From: a virus
IMG/VR virus record: IMGVR_UViG_3300037475_000211
Span: 3,330 to 67,329 of that record
Length of the DNA: 64,000 bases
Direction: 5' to 3' (one strand)
This document shows positions 42,916 through 53,358 of the stretch, piece by piece. The position numbers and the translations under genes were made by a program. A model generated the notes under the pieces. It made no database searches. It worked only from the letters and a program-made list of their open reading frames with translations, and was not told the DNA's origin. Position 1 is the stretch's first letter. Every line of letters begins with the position of its first letter.

Positions 42916-43494
42916 ATGAAAGGTTTAAGATTTTTAAAACAATGTGAACATTATCCACAAAGTGTTTTCATACATGATGGTGTAGAATATTTTGCAAGTG
43001 ATGCTGATAATGTTTTCTCTTTTAAAGGAGATTTGGTCGTCAATTTAACGCTTGAACCGGGAATTAGAACACTTGGTACGGCATATAATATTCCGGAGCT
43101 ATCTTCTCATCTAATTAATTTGCCATCAGAGTTAGTTTTAGCTTGGCCAGATATGTCTAGCCCACCAGTAAAAACTTCTTTTTGGGAAGCTTTTCATCTT
43201 TATTGTAAAAAGAAAAAATATAAAAAAGTTTTATTCCATTGTCATCATGGTCATGGAAGAACTGGCACCGCCTTATGTGCAATGCAAATTTCTTTGTTAA
43301 AGAAAAAGGCTGATTCTGCTATTAGAAGTATAAGAAGAACATACTGTAATCATGCAGTTGAGTCACCAAATCAAATTCAATATCTAATCTTTTTAGATGA
43401 AGATTTAAATAATAGAAAATATCCAGAGGATGAGATTGAGTTTGAAAAATTAATTAATGATTTAAGCTCTTTAAGAGGAAATAAAAAAATATAA
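42916..43494 (+). CDS. Protein-tyrosine / dual-specificity phosphatase
   Basis: WPD loop, HCHHGHGRTG (CX5R), AVES..Q. Confidence 0.88.
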   Translation: MKGLRFLKQCEHYPQSVFIHDGVEYFASDADNVFSFKGDLVVNLTLEPGIRTLGTAYNIPELSSHLINLPSELVLAWPDMSSPPVKTSFWEAFHLYCKKKKYKKVLFHCHHGHGRTGTALCAMQISLLKKKADSAIRSIRRTYCNHAVESPNQIQYLIFLDEDLNNRKYPEDEIEFEKLINDLSSLRGNKKI

Positions 43495-44603
43495 TGATTA
43501 CATTAACTATTCCAGATCAAGATATAACCAGTGGCTCTATTCCAATTTCGTGGTGTTTAGATCATGAATCCATTAAAGAGTTAATGGATAAAGGAAATAC
43601 TAATCCTACAGTTTTAGTTGTAGTTGCTCCACATGAAGGTTATCATATCAAAAAAGAAAATCGTTATGTTTGTGCATTAAGTGACTTAATGACTTACATT
43701 TCTTTCCGACGTTCAGGGCTAAATAGGATTCATGTAATTCTTTTTAATGATAATGTTGCTTATGTTAAAGATAATTATTTAGCCAAATCGCGCGGCGAGT
43801 ATATAACTACTGTTCTTAAAGGGTCAGATCCATTAGTTTCTTGGTATGAAAATAATTATATTCAAACATCAATAGATGTAGATGTTCCAAGTAATGTTTT
43901 TGCTAAAGAACCATCAGAATGGGAAAAGAATTGGGTTTTATGGTTAGTTAAAGATAAAGGATTAGATCAATGTGATTTTCGTCGAAAGCGTCTGTTTGCT
44001 TATACTATTCAGCTATTTATCTTTTTAGTAAATTTTTTAATCAGACTTTTAATGACACTTTTATCAGCCTCGTTCTTATTAAGAGGGTTTTCTTTTAAAT
44101 ATGTTATACATCCTTTATCTACAGAATTCTCTGATTCTATAGAGCTTTTTTCAAAACCTTCTATTTTACTTGTAAAGTCTGATAGAGAAAGTGCAATTTC
44201 GAAAGATCCATTGAAATTTTCCAATTATATAAAAGATATTTGGTTTGCATTTAAAACACACTTTTCAATTGTATTTACACCTTTTATGACGTGTTTTATT
44301 ATTTGGCTTATATATGCTCTAGGCACCGAAACACTTGTCTTTTTACTTATGATTTTTACTATTATTCCGGCTGTTATTTTTATTAGCCTATTAGGTTGTT
44401 GGTCTTATTGTAAAATTAAAAATAACCAACCAATTTTACTAGAGCCTCTTAAAGATAAAGAAGAAATTGATTGGCTTATTTGTAATCCAGATAATACTAA
44501 ATCATCCTTTGTAAAAGTCTCTTCTTTACCTTCTAAGAAACGTACTGTTAAGTTGCGTTATCAACAAGTAAAATCCAAAATTTGTCGACCATTTTCAGGT
44601 TAA
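43494..44603 (+). CDS. Membrane protein, hypothetical
   Basis: 369 aa with three hydrophobic segments. Confidence 0.5.
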   Translation: MITLTIPDQDITSGSIPISWCLDHESIKELMDKGNTNPTVLVVVAPHEGYHIKKENRYVCALSDLMTYISFRRSGLNRIHVILFNDNVAYVKDNYLAKSRGEYITTVLKGSDPLVSWYENNYIQTSIDVDVPSNVFAKEPSEWEKNWVLWLVKDKGLDQCDFRRKRLFAYTIQLFIFLVNFLIRLLMTLLSASFLLRGFSFKYVIHPLSTEFSDSIELFSKPSILLVKSDRESAISKDPLKFSNYIKDIWFAFKTHFSIVFTPFMTCFIIWLIYALGTETLVFLLMIFTIIPAVIFISLLGCWSYCKIKNNQPILLEPLKDKEEIDWLICNPDNTKSSFVKVSSLPSKKRTVKLRYQQVKSKICRPFSG

Positions 44604-45005
44604 TATGTTTGCTTTAGGACACATTCATTTTAAAAACTATACTGTTTGGGTGATACCACCTGTCTTTACCATTAAACCTTATCAGCAAGGTGCTGATGAA
44701 TTATCTTATTATGAAGTCCTTCTTACTGAAAAGGGACAAGCTAAAGAAGATAGTACAACACCCAAACACTTACAGTATAATTTTTATATAGATATTGCTA
44801 CTTCATCTTTATTTAAACATCTTTTAGATTTAAATGAAAGAAATCAGCCGATTGAAGGTAAGACCGATATGGTTCAGTATCAGTCCTACTTAGATCGTAA
44901 GAGTAGCTCGCAGCCTCTTTATAAACTATCTAAGAAGAGTGTTGAGAGATTGCTTCAGAGTATCTCAGAGGCTGAGGCGTAATATTATAAATTGATTGTA
45001 GAGGC

Positions 45006-45021
45006 TCCCATCAAGTAACGG
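45006..45021 (+). promoter_or_regulatory. TCCCATC-N3-TAACGG motif, copy 7
   Basis: tcccatc aag taacgg upstream of a structured leader and tRNA. Confidence 0.7.
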
Positions 45022-45153
45022 TTGATACTCTATAGTTATTAGGGACGTGATATAGCAATATCATGATATAAACTTTGAAGTAGGTTATTGGAAAATTAAA
45101 GATAATTCCCCTCCTTTTTATTTTTGAATAGAAAAATAATCTACTTCATTTAT

Positions 45154-45238
45154 GCTGTTATGATGGAACTGGCAGACATCCACGTCTAAGAAGCGTGTGC
45201 CGTAAGGTGTACAGGTTCAAGTCCTGTTAACAGCACCA
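45154..45238 (+). tRNA. tRNA-Leu(AAG)
   Basis: GCTGTTA/TAACAGC acceptor, CACGT-CTAAGAA-GCGTG, long variable arm, TTCAAGT, ACCA. Confidence 0.9.
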
Positions 45239-45272
45239 AACAACATATTTTTACATTGGTATATTATAATTC

Positions 45273-46277
45273 ATGCATGAAATTTTATTAGCTAAACCAA
45301 AATTAGATCCTTCATTTATAGATTCCAGTGTGGGTGAACCATATCTTATCAGAGATAATCTCTTTGAGATGTTTACTTGGGATGAAGATGTTGGCGGAGT
45401 AGATTTATCTTATCCTTATCCTCAAGGTTATGAACCATTAGTTAAGATGCTGGAAGATAAACATCAAGCTCCAGTAATAGTAACTAATGGCGCGAAACAA
45501 GCCTTAGGAGCCGCCTTTTATACTCTTCATAAGTTAGGCAAAACTAATATGAAGATGCGTAGTCCTTACTGGGCATTGATTCCACCATTAGCTGATATGC
45601 ACGGAATAACTCCTGTCTTTGATGAATCAAATAAAGATATTAACAGTTATTTGTGTATAGCACCTAATAATCCTGATGGGTGGCATCCACTTAATTTAAA
45701 GGCATTAGCACAAGAATATAAAGATAAAGGTATTCCATTTATACATGATGGGGCGTACTATAATAGGATTTATATTCAAAATCAAGACTATAATGCACCT
45801 ATTGGTGATGTTCAAATTTATACATTCTCTAAATCATTAGGATTATCTGGACTTAGATTAGGCTATGCGGTTTGTCACAATACAGAATTTTATAATCATA
45901 TGTCGGCTTATATGGAAGCTATGACGGTGGGAGTTTCAACGGTATCTCAACGCTATTTGTATAATTTATTACAGGTTATGAATTTAGATAAGCCTTTGAC
46001 TGAAGCGTTTGAAGATAAATGCTTTGAGGAATTAAATCAAAATAAATATCTTTGTGATAATATAAATCCTGAAGTATTAGAAGTTCCCATGGAGGCAGTT
46101 CAAATGCCAGGTATGTTTGGTTGGTATAAAGTTGGACCTAAGGCTGACTTTAATAAAGCAAAAATACATTTTGTTGGTGGTAAACTATTTGGAGCTGAGG
46201 ATATGGTTAGACTTAACTTAGCTTTCAAAAAAGAAACAATTAAAGAGATAGTTAACAGATTAAATAATTTAGTATGA
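45273..46277 (+). CDS. PLP-dependent aminotransferase, class I/II
   Basis: TNGAKQAL, PNNPDG, DGAY, FSKSLGLSGLRLG, VRL. Confidence 0.88.
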   Translation: MHEILLAKPKLDPSFIDSSVGEPYLIRDNLFEMFTWDEDVGGVDLSYPYPQGYEPLVKMLEDKHQAPVIVTNGAKQALGAAFYTLHKLGKTNMKMRSPYWALIPPLADMHGITPVFDESNKDINSYLCIAPNNPDGWHPLNLKALAQEYKDKGIPFIHDGAYYNRIYIQNQDYNAPIGDVQIYTFSKSLGLSGLRLGYAVCHNTEFYNHMSAYMEAMTVGVSTVSQRYLYNLLQVMNLDKPLTEAFEDKCFEELNQNKYLCDNINPEVLEVPMEAVQMPGMFGWYKVGPKADFNKAKIHFVGGKLFGAEDMVRLNLAFKKETIKEIVNRLNNLV

Positions 46278-46956
46278 CATATATTGCCACTATATTTTGC
46301 TTAACTTCAGAATATCATAAGCAAATTCCATCTGAACTTATAAATTTAGGATATGAAGTTTCATCATCTTTTGATGATGGCAAATGTTTTTTTGTTAAAA
46401 ATATTGTTACTATAATTATATATAAGTTAAGAACTGAAGATGATAAAAAATGTATTGATGTAACCAGAGATATTAAAATTGCTATTAATAATATTAAAGG
46501 ATATTGTTATGGAATAGTAGTTAATAAAGGTCAATCACATTCTGCATTTGGAAATATAGATGGTGCGACAGATCCCACAAGGATTTTGCAATTAAAAGCA
46601 TTATGGTAAAATAGCATATGAGTTCATATATAGTTTTTATTACTTGTTTAACTGGGGAGTATCATAAACAATTGCCTTCACTCTTGCTTGAAGCAGGCTA
46701 TGAAATTAAAGCAGGATATGATAACGGAATGTGTTTTTTCACAAAAGGTATTGTGACAAATATATGTTATATGTTAACATCGAATAATAATGATTCTGTA
46801 TCTATTCGTAATGATGTTAAAATTTGTTTAGAAAAAATGAAAGCTTACTATTATGCTATAGTAGTATTTTCAGCCGGAGAAAGTGCTGTTTGTCTTGGAA
46901 ATATAAACGGAGAAACTGATCCGTCTAGAGTTTTACAACTAAAATCTTTGTGGTAA
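46274..46956 (+). other. Two tandem paralogous genes (46274..46609, 46618..46956) with C-terminal tag variant
   Basis: Shared CLT.EYHKQ.PS.L...GY; end LQLKALW and LQLKSLW. Confidence 0.75.
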
Positions 46957-47737
46957 AATGAAAAAGATTCCTTATGATTTAATTGCCATTGAGGCAGATA
47001 AATTAATTTCAAGAATGGTTTTATCTTCAGAGATAAAAAATTATTATGTAATGTATCTTTTATATATTAATGCTTGTGGTTGGTCCGAAAGAGATTTTGA
47101 TAAAGAAACTCTTTCAAGAATAGATTCTTCTTGGGAAGAAAATAGATTTTTAAATTAAAGAGTTAATTATGGAAATATTTTATATTTTAGCAGTACCAAT
47201 GACATTTGCTATTGTAGTTATGAGTGTTGGCGCTTACTTTGCCTCCAGAAAAGAAAAAATTAAGCCATTAGTTAAGTTTACTAGTGAAGTAATTGCTGCT
47301 ACTTTTTATTTTGATAATGGAGATTCTTTGAAAAAAGAGTTTCAAACTTTTATTTATAAAAAATCTAGAGTAGTTTATAATCGAATATTATATTATTATC
47401 AAACGAAAGATGCTGATAAAAATTTATTAGAATATTTAGAGAAAATTAATAAGGTTGGTTTTATTTTTGTCGATGATGATACATTGGTTCCAATATCAAA
47501 AATCTCTCAAATTGGTTTAGAGAGAAGTGAAACAGTAATCGAGGTTGAATCATTATGAGTGTTGAAAGCATAAATGTATTTGGGGTTATATTTTTACTAA
47601 TAGTTATTATTATCTGTCTTAAAATTAAGTCAGGAAAGTGGAATCAATAATGTTTGATTTATATTTCTGGACCTTAGTTCTAATGATTGGTTTATTAAAT
47701 TTTAATTATAATGCTGAGTTGGAAAAGAATTTAAGAT

Positions 47738-48346
47738 ATGAAAGAGCGCGTAAAAACAAAACCCAATATCGCCGCTAACTCTCCTGCTCATCAAAAGGCT
47801 TTGCAAGATGGAGTGGCTCATTATTCTTCTTGGCAGTTTAATGTAATAGATAAGTTTAAAGAACTTCCTCCAGAAGAAATTAGATTAGAGCTACAAAGGA
47901 CAGCTTTTCCATATGCTGTGCTTTTTGAGCACCTTATTGGAGACTTTAATTTTGGTACAGGAATTCGGAATGCCAATGCTTTTAATGCAAGAGAAGTTTA
48001 TTATTTAGGTGATAAGCGTTGGGATAAAAGAGCAGCATTGGGTGTTTATAATTACACTGATGTAAAGTTTATTTCTTCTTTAGAAGAGCTGTCTCTATTA
48101 CAAAACCAATATACTTTTATTGGAATAGATAATGTTCCTGGTAGTGAACCATTAGAAAACCATACTTGGGAAGCTAATACTATGCTTGTTTTTGGTGAAG
48201 AAGGAGTCGGTTTAACTCCAGCTATGCAAGCATTTTGTAAACAGATAGTTCATATAAAGCAATATGGATCAGTTAGGTCTTTGAATGTTGGTACTGCAAG
48301 CGGAATTGTTATGCACGATTTTGTAAGTAAATATAAGGAAATATAA
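47738..48346 (+). CDS. SpoU/TrmH-family RNA methyltransferase
   Basis: NFGTGIRNA, VFGEEGVG, SLNVGTA. Confidence 0.88.
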   Translation: MKERVKTKPNIAANSPAHQKALQDGVAHYSSWQFNVIDKFKELPPEEIRLELQRTAFPYAVLFEHLIGDFNFGTGIRNANAFNAREVYYLGDKRWDKRAALGVYNYTDVKFISSLEELSLLQNQYTFIGIDNVPGSEPLENHTWEANTMLVFGEEGVGLTPAMQAFCKQIVHIKQYGSVRSLNVGTASGIVMHDFVSKYKEI

Positions 48347-48580
48347 TATGTTTTTTGGAATAGTTTATATTATAGTTCTATTGATTTTATTGTTATTAAT
48401 TGGCGGGCTTTTTGGTCAACACGAACAAGATTTTTATATTTGTATGGCTATTTTATGGCCAATTGTAATAATAGCAGTATTTGTGCTAAGTATTGTGCAT
48501 GTATTATTTGTTATTCCAGGTAGATTTATACTTAGATGTGGCAGTTATCTCGGGAAGAGATTTTTTAAAATTGATGCCAC

Positions 48581-48608
48581 TTGACATCCAATTTTAAAAA
48601 ATTATAAT
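48581..48608 (+). promoter_or_regulatory. Sigma70-type promoter
   Basis: TTGACA-16 nt-TATAAT, followed by AAGGAG and ATG at 48630. Confidence 0.65.
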
Positions 48609-48988
48609 ATTTGTGTCACAAAGGAGCCTTATGACTTTAAAGATAAAGTTTAATGAAAAATTTAATCATAATGGAACTGGTGTAGCTTCTAGTGTATCTT
48701 GGGATACATTAAAGCCTCATCTTGAAAAAGCTTTTGATCTTTCTGAGTCAGAAGAATTGTTGGGACTTTCAGTAACTGAAAGTGGAGTTACAGCTTTTTT
48801 TGGTCGTAAATTAACTAGAGAATTTATTGCTGAAAATTTCAACAAAATAATTGATCACAGCAATAGTAATGCATTAAATATTCATTGTGATTTTTGTTAT
48901 CATAGATATGTGGGCACATTAAATGGATTCGAATGTTGTTTAAACCATCTAGAGGGCTTAAAAAGATTTATAAGTATTAATACTTAAA

Positions 48989-49260
48989 GGATTGCATGCA
49001 GAGTGACTTTCTGCTAGTGAGGTCTAAGCTCATGAATACGGGAATAGTCTCCCGAAGAAGTTTCCTGCTTGGAAGTTCCACAAGAACTAAAGTTCGTTGC
49101 TAAGGACAGCGATATAATTAACATAATAGTTTTTATGAAATTCAAGACGATCTCTTGATATAAGTAAATTTTAAAAGTTATATAGAAGTGATTATAGTTA
49201 GATAACACAGATAGCAAGTTTTCGGATTTGTTGTTGCTGAAACTAATTGAACCACATCCG
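48989..49260 (+). ncRNA. Candidate ncRNA made of a chain of short hairpins (strand inferred from context)
   Basis: At least eight consecutive stems: gcagag/ttctgc, tgag/ctca, cggga/tcccg, ttcc/ggaa, gaac/gttc, cgttg/cagcg, cataa/ttatg, tcaaga/tcttga; ends ggat/atcc can pair. Confidence 0.55.
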
Positions 49261-49283
49261 TAATTTTAATTTATAAGGAAAAT

Positions 49284-49697
49284 ATGAATCAAGCAGCAGT
49301 TATGTTAGTCTTAAATGAAGAAGGTAAAATTTTGTCGGTTGCACGCCGTAATAACCCAACTAAATTTGGACTACCAGGCGGTAAAAAGAATGAATGGGAA
49401 ACTGATTATTTGGCAGCAGTAAGAGAAACAATGGAAGAGACTTCAATTAAAGTTACTGGCTGCACTGAAATTTATGTTAGAGTTGAGCCCAAAGATTCTC
49501 CTGATGGAGAAGATTTTAATACTCATTGCTTTTATGCTCTTACTTGGAAAGGCACACCGACTTCTTCTGAAGAAGGTGAAGTAAAGTGGCTAACATCTGC
49601 CGAGTTAACTTCTTCTGAGCATGGAGCGTTTCCAGATTATAATGCAAAGACCCTAGAAGTTTTTAAATCAAAATATCCGAATGTTAAAATTTTATGA
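49284..49697 (+). CDS. Nudix hydrolase
   Basis: LPGGK....ET...AAVRETMEET. Confidence 0.88.
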   Translation: MNQAAVMLVLNEEGKILSVARRNNPTKFGLPGGKKNEWETDYLAAVRETMEETSIKVTGCTEIYVRVEPKDSPDGEDFNTHCFYALTWKGTPTSSEEGEVKWLTSAELTSSEHGAFPDYNAKTLEVFKSKYPNVKIL

Positions 49698-50101
49698 AAA
49701 AGATTCCTTTAAAATTAAAACCAACTTTAAATGTGGCAGGAAATGGTTTATGGTCTAGTTCAAATAAAACTATTTCCATTTCTAAAATGGAAGTTCATTA
49801 CTGGACAGATTATTGGGTTGATATTAATGATGCCCCAAAGTGGGGTGAATTAAGAGTTTTCTTCCATAAAAAAATATGGGATGTAAGTAAATTAGGTCTT
49901 ATTTATACTGATACTTTATTTTTAAAAGAATTAAAGATTCATTTAAAAAAGTTAAAAATTGAAGGATATGTAGATTACTCTGAGCAAGGAATGCAAGGAA
50001 ATAATTATGTTAGTTTGGATGTAGATAGACAATTTATTAATTGTTGGATGAAAAATAAATTTAAGACTGTCAAAAAGATTTATTAAGAAAGGTATTTTGA
50101 A

Positions 50102-50743
50102 ATGAAATTATATAATATTGCGTGTGCATTTATGCTTGCTACTTGTGCCCTAGCTTCAACTGGCTGTGGTCTTTTAGATAAAGGTGTCGAGAAATATGAT
50201 ACTTTAGTTGATAAAGACGAGAAGTGCAATCAAAAGTGGGCTGATTATGAAGGTAAGTTGCAGCGCCGCGCTGACTTGATTCCTAATCTTGTTGCCGTCG
50301 TTAAAGGTTCCGCTGCTCATGAGCACAGCACTTTAAAGGATGTAATTGAAGCTCGTGCTAGTGCAACGCAAGTTAAGCTTAGTGCTGATGATTTAACAGA
50401 CCCAAAGAAAGTTGAGGCTTTCAAAGAAGCTCAAAAGGGTTTGACTGGTGCTCTTAGCAAGCTTATGAACATTCAAGAGAGCTATCCTACGCTTGCAGCT
50501 AACGCTCAATTCCATGATCTTATGATTCAAATGGAAGGTTGTGAGAATCGTATTAGTACGGCTCGTGATGATTATAATGCCACTGTTCAAAGCTTTAACT
50601 TAGAGCTTCGTCGTGTCTCTGGTAAGGTGATTAATCCTATTACGAATAAGGAATTTAAACCTAGAGTTTATTTTTCTGCCGATGCTGACGCTAAGGCAGC
50701 GCCTAAGGTTTCTTTCGATCAACCGGCTATCCCAACTAAGTAA
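50102..50743 (+). CDS. lemA: LemA-family lipoprotein
   Basis: QRRADLIPNLV..VKG...HE, E.YP.L.AN..F..L...EG.ENRI..AR..YN. Confidence 0.9.
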   Translation: MKLYNIACAFMLATCALASTGCGLLDKGVEKYDTLVDKDEKCNQKWADYEGKLQRRADLIPNLVAVVKGSAAHEHSTLKDVIEARASATQVKLSADDLTDPKKVEAFKEAQKGLTGALSKLMNIQESYPTLAANAQFHDLMIQMEGCENRISTARDDYNATVQSFNLELRRVSGKVINPITNKEFKPRVYFSADADAKAAPKVSFDQPAIPTK

Positions 50744-50750
50744 TAAATAA

Positions 50751-50957
50751 ATGACATTATTTCTAATTGTATTAGCTGTTATAGTATTGATCCTATCTAT
50801 TCGTTATGGATTCTTTGGACTAATACTTGATATTATATTTGCCATCTTAGGTTCCAAAGGTGGTGATTCTTCTAGTTCCGATTCGTCAGGTTCATCTAAT
50901 GGAAATGGATTTGGTGGAGGAGATTCTGGTGGTGGCGGAGCTTCCAGTGATTGGTAA
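50751..50957 (+). CDS. Small TM protein with Gly/Ser-rich tail
   Basis: Ends GFGGGDSGGGGASSDW. Confidence 0.65.
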   Translation: MTLFLIVLAVIVLILSIRYGFFGLILDIIFAILGSKGGDSSSSDSSGSSNGNGFGGGDSGGGGASSDW

Positions 50958-50975
50958 CTAAGAAAGATTAAATTT

Positions 50976-52088
50976 ATGAAAAAATATATTACACTATTGA
51001 TTGCCGTACTTGCTACGGTCTTTACGGCGAATGCTTTTGCATTTACTCCCCCAGATAAGCCTGCTAGTGGCTGGTATATCCTTGATCAAGCCAATAAATT
51101 AACTGAAGATCAAAAAACCAATCTCAATAAAAAGATTGATGGAATTAATAAAAATACTAAAAATGAATTTGGTGTTTTAATTATTCAGTCAATGGATGGA
51201 GATAACATTGAAGATGTTGCTCAGAATACTTTCCGAGCTTGGGGAGTTGGTAAGGCTGGATTAAATAACGGAGTACTATTAGTTATTTCTGTAGGTGATC
51301 GTAAGATGCGATTGCAAACTGGCAAAGGTGTTGAAGGTGATTTGCCAGACTTACGAGCAAAAGATATTTTAGATGAAAATCTTAAACCTTTCCTTAAGAA
51401 GGGAGATTATTATGGCGGTATTGATTCTACTATTAGTGCAGCCTCTTCTTTCTTAGAGAGTAGAGCTAATGCTCCAGTGGAAACTGTATCAAATACTTCT
51501 GGTGCAACTTCGAAAAATTCTGGAGTGGAATGGCTAATAGTATTATTGTTCTTGGGAATTTTTGGTGGAGTTGGTCTTATTTCTTGGCTTGTAAGCCGAA
51601 GTAAACGTAAACGAGAAGAAGAAAGCAATCGTCTTTATGAGTCTTCAAGAATCTTTGCGCTTCAGCAAGAAAGAGCTAGACTTCAAGAAGCTATGTTCGC
51701 AAAACCTTATCACATAGATAATAGCTTTACTTCAACCCACACTTCAAAAACTGAAATTTCAGCAACTGCCATTGGTGTTGGTGCAGTAGCCGCCGCAGCG
51801 GGTATTGGTGGTATTGCAATAGCAACAACTGCAGTTAGTCGTGCTGCTGAAGCTAAGAAGCGTAAAGCTGCTGAAGAACGAGAGGCTGAAGCTGTTAAGC
51901 GTAAAAAGGAAGAAGAAGATGCGACGGCGCGTAGACGTAGTGAAGAAAGTTCATATTCGTCATATTCTTCTTCAGATAGTGGAAGCAGCTATAGTAGCTA
52001 TGATAGTGGAAGTAGTTCCAGCTATGATAGTGGTGGAGGATTTGGTGGTGGTGACAGCGGCGGCGACGGCGGGTCTAGTGATTTCTAG
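50976..52088 (+). CDS. TPM-domain (YgcG-like) membrane protein
   Basis: Signal peptide, DQANKL, WGVGK...NNGVLL, G.G.EG.LPD; Gly/Ser tail ending GGSSDF. Confidence 0.88.
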   Translation: MKKYITLLIAVLATVFTANAFAFTPPDKPASGWYILDQANKLTEDQKTNLNKKIDGINKNTKNEFGVLIIQSMDGDNIEDVAQNTFRAWGVGKAGLNNGVLLVISVGDRKMRLQTGKGVEGDLPDLRAKDILDENLKPFLKKGDYYGGIDSTISAASSFLESRANAPVETVSNTSGATSKNSGVEWLIVLLFLGIFGGVGLISWLVSRSKRKREEESNRLYESSRIFALQQERARLQEAMFAKPYHIDNSFTSTHTSKTEISATAIGVGAVAAAAGIGGIAIATTAVSRAAEAKKRKAAEEREAEAVKRKKEEEDATARRRSEESSYSSYSSSDSGSSYSSYDSGSSSSYDSGGGFGGGDSGGDGGSSDF

Positions 52089-52107
52089 TTTAGAAAGATT
52101 ATAATAA

Positions 52108-52827
52108 ATGATAAGTGGAGTAAAGTATGTTGTTGATTCAAGCAATAGTAAAATTGCTGGTTCAAATAAAGTTGATAGTACTTATGCTTCAATTGAAGCA
52201 TCATGTTCTTCAGCCTGCCCGCTGAAGCAGGGAGAATGTTACGCCCAAAATTCATTTACAGGCTTTCATGTTAGAAAATTAGATGAAGCTTCAAAAGGAA
52301 AGTCACCATTACAAATAGCAAGACAAGAGGCTGCTTCTATAAATGACTCTTATAATGGAAAGAAAATTCCAGCAGGCAGGGATTTAAGGATTCATGTATC
52401 TGGTGATTCAAGAACCATTCAAGGTACAAGATTAATTAATAAAGCTGTTGGGAATTGGAAACTTAGGGGAGGGAATGATGTTTGGACATATACTCATTCA
52501 TGGAGGCATGTTCCAAGAAAAGAATGGAGCAATGTTTCTATTTTAGCTTCTGTTGATTCTATTAAAGATGTTAATGCAGCAAGAAAGCAAGGTTATGCGC
52601 CAGCCTTAATAGTAGCAGAACATATTTCAGATAAAGCTTATTCTTTACCAGAATCAAAGATAAAATGGATTCCATGTCCCAATCAGACTAAAGAAGATGT
52701 TAGTTGCTCATCATGCCGATTATGTTTTAATGCAGACAGGTTATTTCAAGGACATTATGGAATTGCCTTTGCTGCCCACGGGATTAATAAGAATAAAATT
52801 AAAAGAAGATTAGCAGTCATCCAATGA
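52108..52827 (+). CDS. Cys-rich phage Gp88-like (possible Fe-S) protein
   Basis: NSK, CxxxCP....CYA, RIHVSGD, WTYTH, CP...CxxCxxC, F.AHG. Confidence 0.6.
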   Translation: MISGVKYVVDSSNSKIAGSNKVDSTYASIEASCSSACPLKQGECYAQNSFTGFHVRKLDEASKGKSPLQIARQEAASINDSYNGKKIPAGRDLRIHVSGDSRTIQGTRLINKAVGNWKLRGGNDVWTYTHSWRHVPRKEWSNVSILASVDSIKDVNAARKQGYAPALIVAEHISDKAYSLPESKIKWIPCPNQTKEDVSCSSCRLCFNADRLFQGHYGIAFAAHGINKNKIKRRLAVIQ

Positions 52828-53330
52828 AGTCTAAAGATACTTTTTGCAGTTACTGTGGTAATATTTTTAATCCAAATCAAATTTATCCCAAAGTTTGTTT
52901 GAGTTGTGCCAATATAACTTATAATAATCCTTTAGCAGTTACAGCAACGGTTATTCCAGTTATAGATTATTTAAATGATAATCGTCATGGAGTCCTGGTA
53001 GTAAAAAGAAACATTGAACCTAAGAAAGGTCAATGGGCATTACCTGGAGGATTTCTTGAACAAGGAGAGTCTTGGAAAGAAGGCGCAGCAAGAGAAGTGT
53101 TTGAAGAAACAGGTTTAGATTTAAACAATAATGAATTTGGATTACTTTCTGTAGAGACTGCGTCTAATGGAAATCTAATAATATTATGTGATTGTGGTGC
53201 AATCAATTTATCTGAAATTGATTTTCATTCTAATGAAGAGGTTACTGAAATTAAAGTAATATATGAGTTCGAAGAATTAGCTTTTCCAACTCATACTGAA
53301 GCTCTGCGACTTATGTTAATGCCAGAATAA
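52824..53330 (+). CDS. Zn-ribbon Nudix hydrolase (ADP-ribose pyrophosphatase-like)
   Basis: FCSYCG...CLSC...YNNP, WALPGGFLE.GES...AAREVFEETG, LAFPTH. Confidence 0.88.
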   Translation: MKSKDTFCSYCGNIFNPNQIYPKVCLSCANITYNNPLAVTATVIPVIDYLNDNRHGVLVVKRNIEPKKGQWALPGGFLEQGESWKEGAAREVFEETGLDLNNNEFGLLSVETASNGNLIILCDCGAINLSEIDFHSNEEVTEIKVIYEFEELAFPTHTEALRLMLMPE

Positions 53331-53358
53331 TTTTTATTTTATAAATTAATTTATAACG

